Part shown: positions 39,274 to 51,223 of the stretch, piece after piece | Layout: every line of letters begins with the position of its first letter | How positions within the stretch are numbered: the stretch's first letter is position 1 | DNA from: Lepidodermella squamata | Taxonomy: Eukaryota > Animalia > Gastrotricha | Direction of reading: 5' to 3' | Assembly: GCA_047495785.1 (NCBI GenBank) | Contig: JBLDXI010000002.1 | Location: 2,294,001-2,358,000, forward strand | Length of the DNA: 64,000 nt | Translations under genes and position numbers: made by a program | Notes under the pieces: model-generated | The model's database searches: none | The model's input: only the letters and a program-made list of their open reading frames with translations | What the model was told of the DNA's origin: nothing

Positions 39274-42000
39274 ATGCCCGCTGTGCTATCTGCTCAAACC
39301 GGTAGGGTTATTTTTACATTTGCCTAGTTTGATCTTATTCTTGCGAATCAATGCATTTTCCAGGCTCTGTCACCAACGGCCGAGCTGGTACCGATGATGT
39401 AAGAACGCTGTTTCCCTACAAATCAATTCACAATTCATGTTTTCTACAGCTTGTAAAAAATGGCCGCAAATACAATGAAACACAACCCACGAAAAAAGCT
39501 TATATTGCTGCTCATGATTTGAAAGACAAAGCTGGGACGATTAAAGAGGTAATTGAAACTTCATGCAAGCGACATCATATTTGCAAAATATCTGATCTCC
39601 ATAGTATCAACTGCTGATAAATACTAATATTGTCTTCATGGTTGAAGTCCTCGACGTGATCACAGCAGATTCGCATACGACTGTTGTTACTGAAAGCTAC
39701 GCCATTGGTAAGTGACTGACATGACAAATTTTGATGTTGGGATAAGCAGCTTCAGAGTCGACGTGTTCAAGAATGTTTTCAAAATGAAGACATATTTAAA
39801 AAAGCTGAAGGCTATGAGCCGCTTCATAAGCGTTAATCTACGATCTGAATTTGAAAAGGACATTCTAGAGATTTGGAATACGTTGAGACTGAAGTTGCTG
39901 TTATAAATTCAACATCATCTTTTGAGTGCAACCTCACTATAAATTCAGCTATAAATTCATATCATTTCGCACAGGCTCGGATCTTTCATCTTATTTGGCT
40001 CAATCGAAAGAACCCATCTCAGAAAATATGATTCGAATTTGGGCTGCTCAGCTCGTGATAGCAATTGGATCTCTTCATGATCTTGGAATCGTTCATAGGG
40101 ATATACGACCCTCGGTATGAATTGATCTTATCATTTTACTTACGTCCTGCTATAACTCGGGCTTGTTTTGCAGAATATTTTTATCACTGGTAATGGCGCT
40201 TTGAAACTCGGAGATTTTGGGCTGACAAAACGGAAATGGTTAGGAATCAAACTTCGCTTGAATAATGTAACTAATTTTGTCATGTTGCTATAGCTTGGAG
40301 TCACTTCCGAATCTCGAAAAGGAAGAAGCAGTTTACGTCGCTCCGGAGCTATGGAGAAATCAGAGCTTCTCTGAAAAATCCGACATTTGGGCTCTGGGAG
40401 TAACCTTATTCGAATTAGCTAGCTTAAAAACACCAGCTTTCACAGTAGAATTGGGCGAAACTTACCAAATGGCGATAGCAAGGTTCGCAGATTTTAAATA
40501 AATCATGCTCCAAAACATCGATATTTCTTATTATTCAGGTGGAAGAATAGGTCTATACCTGAGATTTACAGTTCAAATCTTCGCAATTTAATCCTGTCTA
40601 TGCTCAATGATGACCCTGCATTGAGGCCGTCAGCTCAACAAATTCTTTCACACGACATTTTAACCGATCAAGTAAAAGAAGCCTTGGAATGCTCCGCTGA
40701 ATGCTCAAGAAACGAAATGAATGGTAAGTCATGAAACCATTCTTTTTAATTAATTTAATTTGCGATTTTGAAGGTTGTGACAAGAAAAGCGATTCTTTTG
40801 AAAGCTCAACGATCTCTTCCCTGCCAAAGCAAATATTAGCAGTCTCTTCTAGCTCAACCGTTACGCCGGTAAGCCTTCAATTTCATCTGAACTAGTGATT
40901 TATCTTCAAAAATCTTCTGCGGTTTCAGAATAACAGGAATCAAGGGCTAAGCGAGGAGAAAAGAATCGGGATTCAAAATCAGTTGATCCTGATTTTGCAT
41001 GCTCATAAGTGTGAAAAACGAGATGCTATGGCAAAGTCGATTGCAGCAAGTGTTGCTGGTGCTGCAACAAACCCGACTTTTCCGAACTGTAAAGTCGCTT
41101 TTTGTCAACGAATGAAAGAGGTGATAAACCACCTGAGAGGCTGCAAGGATGATAAGTCTTGCACCTGTAAGTTCAAGTTTTGTATCTAATTTCGAATATT
41201 ACCTGAGTCGATTTTAGACAAAAGCTGCTTGTCAACGCGGCAAATAATTGTACATTGGCAGAAATGCAGGGACGAGGAGTGTCCGGTATGTAAGGAGGTT
41301 CGGATGCTGAGTCTTTTGTCGAAGCCTGTTTTCGACTCGAAAGTTTTGCGAAAAACAACGAGTGATAATATCCCTGGAGTTCATTCTGGCTCCGTCATTC
41401 CCGTTCAAGCTAGTACATCAACCTGGCAGAAAGAATTCGGCACTGAAGCTAGGCAGGCTGCTATCGATAAATTTATGGAAGAATTAAGGGTGAGCAGCGG
41501 CGGCTACAGTGACTTGGAGGCTTTGCGCAAGTTTGCCGTTCAAACCGAAGCTGAAATTTTCACCCGATCAGATAAATCTGAGAGGTACTTCTTTTTGCTG
41601 GCTGAGAAGTTGTACACTGCTTCGAAGGAACTCTTGCATACTGGAGGAAACGGTACGTGTTGATGCAATTTTTCCAAACACGTTTTTATCTTTTTATTTC
41701 TTCCTTAAAGTGGAAAATGTAAATGGCGAGACGTCCCAATGCCCGATTTGTTACTTGGACATCGTGAAACTCGGTTGCGGTTCTAGACGATTGATTTGTG
41801 GACATGGTAAATTCAAAGTCGAATTTCTTTACCTCATCCTTATATCGATTTATTTTTTAGCTTACCATATGGAATGCATCAACCGCTGGCTGAGAGAGAA
41901 GGACACTTGCCCAACCTGCAGAGCTATTGTGCGGTCGCATTCAACAAGTAAACATGTAGTTTCAAGCACTTCAAGGCATGAAGTGATGAGCAGTGCTTAA
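39274..42000 (+). CDS. Chimeric NEK-like Ser/Thr kinase - TAZ1 zinc finger - KIX - RING-H2 protein (~615 aa, 13 exons)
   Basis: Exons 39274-39301, 39364-39398, 39450-39548, 39605-39707, 39975-40114, 40174-40238, 40294-40482, 40539-40723, 40774-40868, 40929-41166, 41218-41652, 41711-41806, 41861-42000 (1848 nt, phase-consistent GT-AG). Kinase: HRDIRPSN, KLGDFG, YVAPE, SDIWALG, RPSAQQIL. TAZ: QLILILHAHKC...HWQKCRDEECPVC. KIX: YFFLLAEKLYTASKEL. RING-H2: CPIC...CGHAYHMECINRWL...CPTC. Confidence 0.82.
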
Positions 42001-42935
42001 AATTCGAGATATCATTTGAATATCTATTATTATTCAAGGGTTATAAGACCTACCTAAACAAATTCATTCTAGCATATTTATGTGTGGGCGCGGAAGTGCC
42101 TCATTACACCCGATTTAACTCACCTTATCTAAAGACACTTTGGGTTAGTAATATAGTATGATTTAACTTCGTTGATGGTGATGAATATATACCATATTAT
42201 GGTTTTGACCGTGAGATGTAAATTCAAAGTGATAAAAGTCTGTTCGAGATCACCACTTTTATTGGCACAAATTTGGCCGCAAATACTTCTACTACTGGTG
42301 TGACTTGCGACTTAATATTCGTCAAATATGAATGTTTTATTCGCAGAAAATACATCTACAGATTTTTTCCGTTCGAAAATTCTAGAAAATTTCTGTTATT
42401 TCTGCGGATTCAAATAAAAAAATAAAGAAAATTTAGCCCTAATTTTCCTTCAACAAAACAGCCAGAACAAGTGTACAGGGCATAATATAGGGGTGCTTAT
42501 AAAGATGCTCGAAAAATGAGAAGAAAAAAACTGGCTTGAGTCGTCATCAATTTCGCCTAAAACAGATAATCTTTTAGCGGAAATTAAGGAGGAGCCAAAT
42601 TTTGTAAATTCTCGACAATTCAAATTTTAGCGGAACCAAATACCTATGCTGTAGCGGAACAAGATTATCAGAAACGGAACCAAATGTCATCATTTATTGG
42701 CAACAACACTATAATAACGCCAAATCAGTCAACTTTCACATTTTTCAGACCTCGCCCATGACCCACGACAACGTGCCTGTGCTGCTGCAGTTGATGTTGC
42801 AGGAAACGCTGCGGCTGAGTGGCTGGCGAGTGACTGATTTATTGGGCTCGTTAACCTTGAGCTGGAACCTCAATATCGTCGACGACGAAACCGACGTCCG
42901 ACGCCGCTGTCAGTCTCGCTGAAAGTTCCAGAAAA

Positions 42936-43063
42936 CGAATCTGGGACAAATCTCCCATCTTAGATCTTAGTCGAATCTGGTTATATTTGAGTCTAAACCA
43001 TCTGCGAAAATATTAGACGAATCTGGGACAAATCTCCCGTCTTTACCGAATCTGGCTATTTTG
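42936..43063. repeat. Short degenerate tandem repeat (CGAATCTGGGACAAATCTCCC x2, CGAATCTGG x4)
   Basis: Units at 42936 and 43018, partial units at 42972 and 43047; probably a transposon remnant. Confidence 0.6.
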
Positions 43064-43741
43064 AGCTTTTTTGTGCTCTTCGCGCCTTTTAAATGCGGGA
43101 CATATTAAATACTGTCGCTCTAAACGAACAATTAGTCGATAATAAAGTACGGACATTGCTTTTTTGCCTCGCAATATTTTATTTTCTCCCTAACCATGAG
43201 GAATTTTTGCAGCCGTTTTCGCCAATCGATAGATTTAGTGCGCGGTAATCTTCCCTCTACTCTCATTTGAATCGGATTCTATTAGCAGAAAAATTGGCGG
43301 TGAAAATGCTTCTTGGGATTTTGGCAAAACTGCCCATTTCGGGTATAATTTGGGTGTTCCTTTTATAGGATTGAACCCATAGAGCTGTTTGAAAACATCT
43401 TTAGTCGGAAATAAAATAATATTACCCAATTCCCGAGGAAATAGTCGGTATCAACTATGAGTGTCGTGCTTACGCGTGGAAACCACCTTATAATATCAAG
43501 TCCACTCATCGCGAGCTAATTTGCCAGCGATAACAGTGCTATTTGTCGCAAGATTCGATACGCATGACTGTCTGCGTGGTTTATGAATGACACAATATAA
43601 CTAAGTATAACAGGTAAACGTCCATCACCGGATACGTTATTATTTGGTACAGCTAATTATCTGCTGCTGATTCATTGCTTCACCGAATAAAAACTACCAA
43701 GAGGCAAGAAGTCATGATCACATTTCCGAGAAATTATACAA

Positions 43742-45040
43742 ATGGTCAGAGTAATTTTAGCAATATTACCACTTCTAGCCTTTCTGAATTCAGCCGATTC
43801 CACCTCCGATTGGATAGCAGTTGGGGGTGATTTCGAACACTCTGGCTACAAAGCAGAATCACTTGGATCTCTAAGTAGCATCGAGGTCGCTTGGAAGTAC
43901 TACGGCTATCGAAAATTTTCCGGCCTGGGTGTACTTACTTTCAAATCGAAAATCTACCAGATCTCAGGCGATGGATATCTCTCGATTTTGGACGCTAAAT
44001 CCGGCAAAAAGTTGAAAGAGTTCGCTGTCTGCCCCGACCAGGTTCCAATGAACCAATTCATCGACCCTGACAGTTCAACTCTATTCCTATCATCTCTGGC
44101 GAAGCTGTACGCTATCAATATTACTTATGACCATGAAAAGCTGCTCTGGTCGCGAGATATTGAAATGATCGTCGATATCGTGCCTAGTTTCAGCCTGAAC
44201 CGAGTTTTCGTCGCGACCGGCCTCGACCGAAAACTGCTAGCCCTAGACATGACTACAGGCGGAACAATCCAGAATTTCACCCCATCAGGCCATGCATTAT
44301 GGCTGTCACTTTTCAACAAAACTCGACTTCTGGCAATCTGCGATGATCAATCAGCCGGGCAAAGCTTGAAGGAGTACGATTCGGCTGGAACTGGGGCAGT
44401 TCTCTGGAGCGTCTCGTTGCCAAATGCTCACAAAGTTTTCCACGGCCCGATAATTTACGACAACTTCGCTTTTGTTAACAACAACGGGAATCTAAGTGCT
44501 GTAGATTTGACCTTGCATAACATTTCGTGGACAGCTTATACGCCTGATTGCGACAGTGGTGAACTACTCTCGTTGTCTCGAGGCGACTGGTACCTGTACA
44601 GAAAATGCAACGCTGACGATATTTTCAAGTTTGACATCATCACTGGCCATCTCGTAAATTCGTATCGTCTACCGAAAGATGTTTTCAACACCTTGGAGGC
44701 GAAATCGATAATTCTCGACGATTGGCTAATCTCTCCCCGCGAAAAAGGGCTGGACATAATTGATAAGCTAAGTGGGCAGGTTAAAGCTGCGTTCAATGGC
44801 GATGGTTCGTCATTTGGCCCAGCTAGCTGGGCTTATTTCGATGGGATGATTTACGCAGTTTCTACTCGAAATAACGTCATCTATGCGTTTAAGCCATCTT
44901 CAAGCACTTCAATAACTCCGGTATCAACTTCGACTCCATCCGCTCAAGGTCAACAGGGCAAGGGGAACGGTGCAACAATTGGTTATTCAATCGACGGAGC
45001 TTTAGCTATTCTCTGCTTCATCATGCTTTCTTTCTTGTGA
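43742..45040 (+). CDS. Single-exon secreted, probably GPI-anchored PQQ/BamB-like beta-propeller protein (432 aa)
   Basis: Signal peptide MVRVILAILPLLAFLNSADS; DWIAVGGDFEHSGY; repeated blades (LSILDAKSGKKL, LLALDMTTGGTI, LSAVDLTLHNISW, FKFDIITGHLV, IIDKLSGQV); S/T-rich stalk and terminal hydrophobic tail. Confidence 0.75.
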   Translation: MVRVILAILPLLAFLNSADSTSDWIAVGGDFEHSGYKAESLGSLSSIEVAWKYYGYRKFSGLGVLTFKSKIYQISGDGYLSILDAKSGKKLKEFAVCPDQVPMNQFIDPDSSTLFLSSLAKLYAINITYDHEKLLWSRDIEMIVDIVPSFSLNRVFVATGLDRKLLALDMTTGGTIQNFTPSGHALWLSLFNKTRLLAICDDQSAGQSLKEYDSAGTGAVLWSVSLPNAHKVFHGPIIYDNFAFVNNNGNLSAVDLTLHNISWTAYTPDCDSGELLSLSRGDWYLYRKCNADDIFKFDIITGHLVNSYRLPKDVFNTLEAKSIILDDWLISPREKGLDIIDKLSGQVKAAFNGDGSSFGPASWAYFDGMIYAVSTRNNVIYAFKPSSSTSITPVSTSTPSAQGQQGKGNGATIGYSIDGALAILCFIMLSFL

Positions 45041-45106
45041 TTACGTAGTATACATCTGATTTTTTACTCAAGCTCTCGAAATAAAAATTGTTGTAATTTT
45101 ATTTTT

Positions 45107-47034
45107 TCAATTGTTTAATAAGTTGATTCGCACGCATGATGTCGTACCAAAAATATTAACGACACCCCATAAAGGCTGTCTATCGGCAACCGGAACTTTA
45201 TCCTCACCAAGTTGGGGCCGTTGCTCGCTGACACTGCCATCTCGCAACTCAATGAAAGTCTGCCCGTCTTCGTTGTACGTAAAAACAGCCGTTGCCCCAT
45301 TTTCGGCCAGCGTGTCACTCGCAACCCAGTAGAAAAACGCATCACCAGTTAGTAGGCAATCTTCGGTCAGTAAATCGGGATATTTTTCCGGCAGAATTGT
45401 TGGGTCGAGCGTTGTGAAGCCCAGCGCACTTCCGCCAACACAGGTATCATCGGTGAATAGGCATGAAATCTGGATTCGTTCACCTGGTCTCACCGGCCGA
45501 TCGGTAAAACAGACACTTTTCGTAAATTCATTCATGTTTTTCGTCGCTCGAAGGCCGTTGGCCGATATTTTTGCATTCACCCCGCAAACAGCATGAAATT
45601 TTACCTGTAGTTGCAAATTTAAAATTTTCTTAAAAATTTAAAAATTTGATTTGAAAAATTTAAAATTCGTCCAAATAAAATTCGGTGTTTTTTATTTTAA
45701 ATTTAAATTTCAATATTAAAACTGATAATTTAAATTCAAATTAAAAAATTAATTTCATTTTTTTTTCAATTAAAATCAGATTTTGCTATTTTACCTCTTC
45801 TCTTTCAATTTTCAAAGCATTTGTGAATTCGTTTTCTTCGTTGATTCCCGATTCGTCCTCATCATCGGCTTCGTTGTCTTCCATCGGAACTTCAACAATC
45901 GACCTTCTTTTACCGGACAAATTTTGCTCACTCTGAACAGCCAATGAAACGTTGAAGCAACTCTTAGTCTGCCGCAGCCGTTGCGGGTTGCTGAATCTAT
46001 GCACTGAATTGTGAGTTTTAATCGCGCCGAGCGACCAGCCATCGAACGATGAAACAATTTTCGCCAAATCCTCCGCTGGCCGATAGATCACGCCAGTCAA
46101 ATGGCCTTGATTTATCATTTCCATGGTTTTAATCTGCTGATCGCGAGTCATAACGTCGCAGTGAAGCTTGGCAACGTCCTGCAGGGTCAATTTCAGGACA
46201 CTAGTCGTCATTAAATGGTCGACATTTTGCTTCAACCTGGCTCGGCGTTGTTGGCAGGTTTCGATCGCTTTCCGAACTGCGTCGAGTTGGTCAGTCGCTG
46301 TTTGCCTGGCTTCCTTCACGATTTCGTCCGCCTTATTTCGAATTAAGGCGGTGATTATTCCTATCAAATCATCCGCAGCTGAATTAACTTGTTGCGTCGC
46401 TTTATCAACAGCATTCGCGTAGCATTCCGTGATTTGTTTCGTTCGCTCAGTGATGTTTTCCGTCGCCTTTGTCGCACGTTGATCGAATTTACTGCTGATA
46501 TTCCGAATTTCAACTTTCAGCCGTTCCATATGGCTGATTTGACAGGCCTGGCAAAACTGGCCCTTGCAATGTGGGCATTCGAATGAAATCTGGTCCGAAG
46601 CCGCGTGGGGGCAGCCGTCATTGCCGTAGTACCTCGTATCATCCTCATCAGCGACGGATTGAGATTTATTAAGCTGGTTCTTATTCGACGTAGTTTGCTT
46701 CATCAATTGATTTCGCATGGTTTCGACCATTCGCTGGGCTGAGATATTTGTCTGATAGCTGACGACACCCTGGGGCCCGATTGGGCTGATAACCCGGCAT
46801 TCTGGGCAAGTAACACAAGGACCTCGATTTGTCAAAGTCCTTGGAAGAGCTTCCAAACATTTCAAGCAATAGGTATGGCCACAATTCGGCAGATTTTTCG
46901 GAGTGTCGAATAAATTCGCGCAAATTATGCATTCGAATACCTGAGCGAATTGCGATAATTACGATTTAATTTTCAGTTTTATCTCAATAACTTACAGCGA
47001 GAAGTTCCTCACTTGTCTTGATTAAGGTCGCCAT
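45107..47034 (-). CDS. TRIM-like E3 ligase: RING-HC, B-box, coiled coil and C-terminal NHR (neuralized) domain (~560 aa)
   Basis: Exons 47034-46996, 46940-45795, 45604-45107 (1683 nt). RING CIIC...CGHTYCLKC...CPEC; B-box-like CPH...CPHCKGQFCQACQISH; helical region; NHR FHAVCGVNAKISANGLRA...FTDRPVRPGE...LWGVVNIFG. Confidence 0.82.
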
Positions 47035-47373
47035 AGTGCAAAAATTGCGAACCTAGAGTAAGCGATTTGACATTTTGAGCGCAATTCGGTTAGGTGCACT
47101 TCAGACTCTTTGTTTTATCTTTATTCAGGTATTAGCCGTGCGAACAATGAATCTATACTACGTTGTAATATTGGTGGTTCGATAAAGCTGTGAATAATCA
47201 CGCAGGAAGCGACCGTTATTTGCTGGTCGATAAAACTCTACATGTAAATAATTCATTACAACAACTCTTATTTTGTCTATTTGCTTACTCAATTTTATTG
47301 AAAATGACTAATTTTGCCCCTCAAATCTAATTCACTACCTTAACCAAGCAAATTCAAGTTTTTGTCTTGTTGA

Positions 47374-48036
47374 TCAGTATTCTTCCTGCTCCTCAGCTTG
47401 GTCGCCATTCTGCTGTTGTTCAACGTTGGGTGGCGGCGGGACCAGAGCAAATTTGCAAGCCAAACAACGAATATTTTCGTGATTTTGGCACGCATTGACA
47501 ATGCACCACAAACAGGTTGGCTGCTTACTGCAGCAGGGCAGGTACAGCATAGCGGACGCCTGATTGCTTTGATTGCAAAGGCCGCAAATTGCCAACTTGC
47601 CTGTCCCACTTTCAGCTTGGCTCAAAGTCTAAAATTAAAAAATTAAAATTATAAAAAAAAATTAGGAAGTGGGGACCTCTTCATTGATCTTTTCGCCGTT
47701 TTGTTTGACTGGCGTTTGAAGGCTTCTGAACTGGAAAAAGGAATTAACAGCTGAGAGTCGCCGGTCTGAAGTGCTAGCCGTTTTCGAACCAAGATTTGTA
47801 GCCGAAGACTGGAAATTCAAAAAAATTGTTGAAGCATAAAAAATTGCGAAATTCCTCAATACATGAATGGCTTTTCGTGAGAGATGAGCAGCAGGTGAGC
47901 CGATGATCTTTTGCGGCATCTTTTCGTACCTGTTCGAAGCCATGGTTGGCGTTTTCGAATTTTGGGCTGATTTTCGCTCGGCAGCTTTCAGCAGTAATTG
48001 GCGGCTATATTCGAGCATTTTTTCACGAGAAGACAT
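47374..48036 (-). CDS. Array member G0, RING-like domain only (or the 3' part of G1)
   Basis: Last exon CGLC-x13-CC-x5-CLWC-x12-CLAC (ORF 47374-47625); upstream exon MSSREKMLEY; 5' structure uncertain. Confidence 0.6.
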
Positions 48037-48236
48037 CACATCCACTGAATTTATCTGTGCGTGTCGCAGGAAATTTAACGATGGGTGAAAAATAATTAAG
48101 GTGGAATATCACCAATACACCTGTTGCAAGCGCCTTGTCACCTGGAATAGCAATAAAACCGAAATAATTGCTCAATTTTATTATGGATCTTTGATTATAA
48201 GAGTTTGGTATAACAAGAATTTCAGTTAATTTTTTT

Positions 48237-50323
48237 TCATTGATTTCTCGACGTGCCGGGGCCTGCTGAGTTGGCGGTAAAAGGAGGCAGGACCAGGGCG
48301 AATTTGCACGCGTTGCACTTGATGGCGGCATTCGATTGCGTCGAAGCCGCGCTGACCAGGCACCACAGGCATGTCCGCTGGCGGTAGCAACACGGCATGT
48401 ACATCGTCGTCAGCGGGCAGATTTTACGGTGGCATAGCTGGCATTTCACCACACAATTCATCAATCGTGCCCGTTCCTTCGGATCCGAGAGCTTAACTGA
48501 CTGTTCGAGGGCTTTTGTTGCTTTCTCCTGTTTCGCCTTATTTCTCTTTTTCCTCGGCTTTCCAGTTGCACCAGATTCAGGTTGATTTGCGGGCGGTTCC
48601 CAAGAAACTGAACTTACATCCTTCAACGATTAAAAAAACTTGAATTATTTGAATTATTTTGATCACTAAATCGTCACCGAAATCGGGTCATCCTCCGGGA
48701 ATGATTCCGACAGCTCTCGTTTGCGACCTTTCCCTCGAACCGGTTCGACCCGTCGATGTTCCTCTTCACTCATAAACGCGCGAATCATCTGAAATATCTG
48801 AATTAATAAAAATACTTTGGTTCAAAATAAAACCCACCGAATCAACGGCTGAATCGGAATCATCAGCCTCTGAGTGGATGCTAGGTAGAGATGGCTCGAC
48901 GGGTTGGCGTTGCTTCTTCGTCGGCGAGCCTTTTAAAATGAACTCTTGCAAAAACTGAAAAAATAAAAAATTATTAAAAAAAGGAAAAATTTGAAAATTA
49001 CCTCTTCTTCATCAAATGATTTTTCAGCTTCGGAATCTGAGTCCAGAACAATCAAATCCGGCTTTTTCATCGGTTCCTTTCGGTTAGTCGAATGCACCAT
49101 TTCTTTAGAAGTTCCGGCCTGGTTGATAACTCTTGTAGAAATCTTCGCCTGTTTCGCAGTCGCAATTGCCCAAGCTTCGACTCGATCGTTAGTTGACTGC
49201 TTCTTCAAAAAAGGCGTCAAAAAAGATGAGAATAAAAATTCGTATTTCATACTTGAGGTGATTGCACTTCGGGTTTAACAGCAACTGGAGCTTTGCGGTG
49301 ATGCAATTTCGGGGTGACGGTGATGCTCTTATTCTAAAAAAGCCACCTTAATAAATTCAACGAAAAATAAAAAATAATGTCACCTGCGCAATCGAATTTT
49401 GCGGCACGCGTTCCATGTTTTGATTTGGACAAGGAGACTAGACAATTTTTTACAAAAAACAAACTCGATCTGAAAAAATTCGTTACCTGATCACTTGCAA
49501 CCGCATTTTGAACGGTTTTTGGCTTTCGTTGCGGCTTCGGCTGCACCTGAGTCTAGAATTAGGTCAAGAAAATAAGCCTTTTTATAATTTGAACGCATTA
49601 TTTATACCTTAGCTCTAACTGGCTGGTTTTCAGCGTGAATTTCATTAGCAGTTGCTTTTTCGGCCAGCTTAGCTTTCGACCGCTAGAAAGTTCGAGTGAG
49701 ACTTGAAGCAATTTTATTCCGACAAAACAAATTACCGTCACTTTAGGCTTGACAGGGGAAAGCTGCAATGTTTCCTGGACGGGGTCGTAATCTTCAGCAA
49801 TGGGACTCGAAGCTTCTTTTGGCTTGAAAAACAGTTAAAAAATAGAATAAGTCTAGGTTTTAAATAAAATTCCTACCTTAGCTTGAGCTGATTTAGCCGG
49901 AGGAGTTTTCGCTTGAGCTCTGCTAACGGCTTCTGTTTCTTCAATCGCAGCCATCAAAATATCGCGGTACTGGTCGACAGTAATTCCATCCGGATAGACC
50001 TGCCGAATGGCGGCGCAGCCTGGGCCCCGCCTCCTGCTGCCGTAGACATGATTTTGGAAAACACCATTCGCAATGATCGTTTCGCAGTACGGGCATTCCA
50101 ACGGCCGGCTGATGGAGATGTTCTTGCGAACAGAAGCTGTGAGGGCCTCGGCGATTTCGGCCTCAGATTTATCCGATTTTTTCTCTTCAGTGCGTGCAAC
50201 TTGTCGGCGGGTTGTAGGTGCCATTTTCTTCTTCGAAGCAGGCGGTCGTTTGATAAGTGTGCGGTAGTCGTCAGCAAGTGCGTTTATTTCGCCACTGCGA
50301 CCGACGATTTTTATTCTAACCAT
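48237..50323 (-). CDS. Array member G1: C2HC finger, disordered linker with SIM, PCC RING-like domain
   Basis: CPYC-x11-H-x10-C-x6-YPDG; several small exons; LIVLDSDSE; CQLC-x13-CC-x5-CLWC-x14-CNAC. Confidence 0.72.
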
Positions 50324-50537
50324 TTTTTGCAGTAAAAACGCGCGACCTCGAGTAAAAAATTGTAGCGTAAAAAGCGGACGTAGTAATAAAATCAATTAAT
50401 AAAAATCGGCTGTCGTCATCTAGATAAAAAAATCCACAACAGGAGCGTCAGTCTATTATAAGGAGTTTATTTGTCACTGCTGAGTTTTAAGAGTAATTTT
50501 TTGTAAACACGAGGTCAAGTGCTAATTTTTAAGATTT

Positions 50538-51147
50538 TTAATCGGTGGGCGGGATAAGGCCGAATTTGCAGATTTTGCAGCGAATAGTTTCGTTGTTGAC
50601 GCAAAACTTGGCTATGCACCAAATGCATGTGCGCTGACGGACGCAACACGGCAGCAACAGAGTTGAGGTGGACGAACACTGCTGACCACACAGCCCGCAA
50701 ACGGCTAGGCCCGGAGCGACGGAAAACGTGGCTTGTGGACCAACTGTCTTAACGGGAATTGCTACTTCGACATCAGGAATCTAAGAAAAATAAAATAATT
50801 CAAAATTCGCAAAATTAAGGTGGATTTTTTGTGTTTCACATTACCTCATAGACCGAAACCCAACCGTCAGTTGAAGGAGCTTCTTTGGCTAGGCGGGGTC
50901 GGGTTTTCGGAGCATCCGTCGTCTCTTCGCCATTCCGCGGTTTGCTTTCTTCGATGACTTGAGCGGCCTGAATCACCTTGCTCAAAATGTTCTTGTACTC
51001 GACGAACGTCATGCCCTGTGGGTAGGCTTTGCGAACGCCATGACAGTAAGTTTTCGGCTGATCACGCGTGCCATAAACGTGCTTTTTGAAGTTATTAATA
51101 CGCATCAAGCGCGTACAAAATGGACAAGCGACAAATTTAATTGTCAT
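50538..51147 (-). CDS. Array member G2: C2HC finger and PCC RING-like domain
   Basis: CPFC-x11-H-x11-C-x6-YPQG; second exon hand-translated as CGLCGQQCSSTSTLLLPCCVRQRTCIWC-x12-CKIC, stop at 50538. Confidence 0.75.
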
Positions 51148-51223
51148 TTTAATTAAAGTCTAAAAAAATTGAAATTCAAGAAAAACGTATTTTAAAGCAG
51201 TAATCGTAATATTTGGGAGTTTT

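Noticed and set aside
42749-42922. GC-rich exon-like segment after TTTTCAG
   Set aside because: Short frames, no recognisable domain or partner exons; embedded in repeat-like DNA.
42575-43063. Short spaced repeats (TAGCGGAACC, CGAATCTGG) as a CRISPR-like array
   Set aside because: Too few, irregularly spaced and degenerate; no cas genes; eukaryotic locus.
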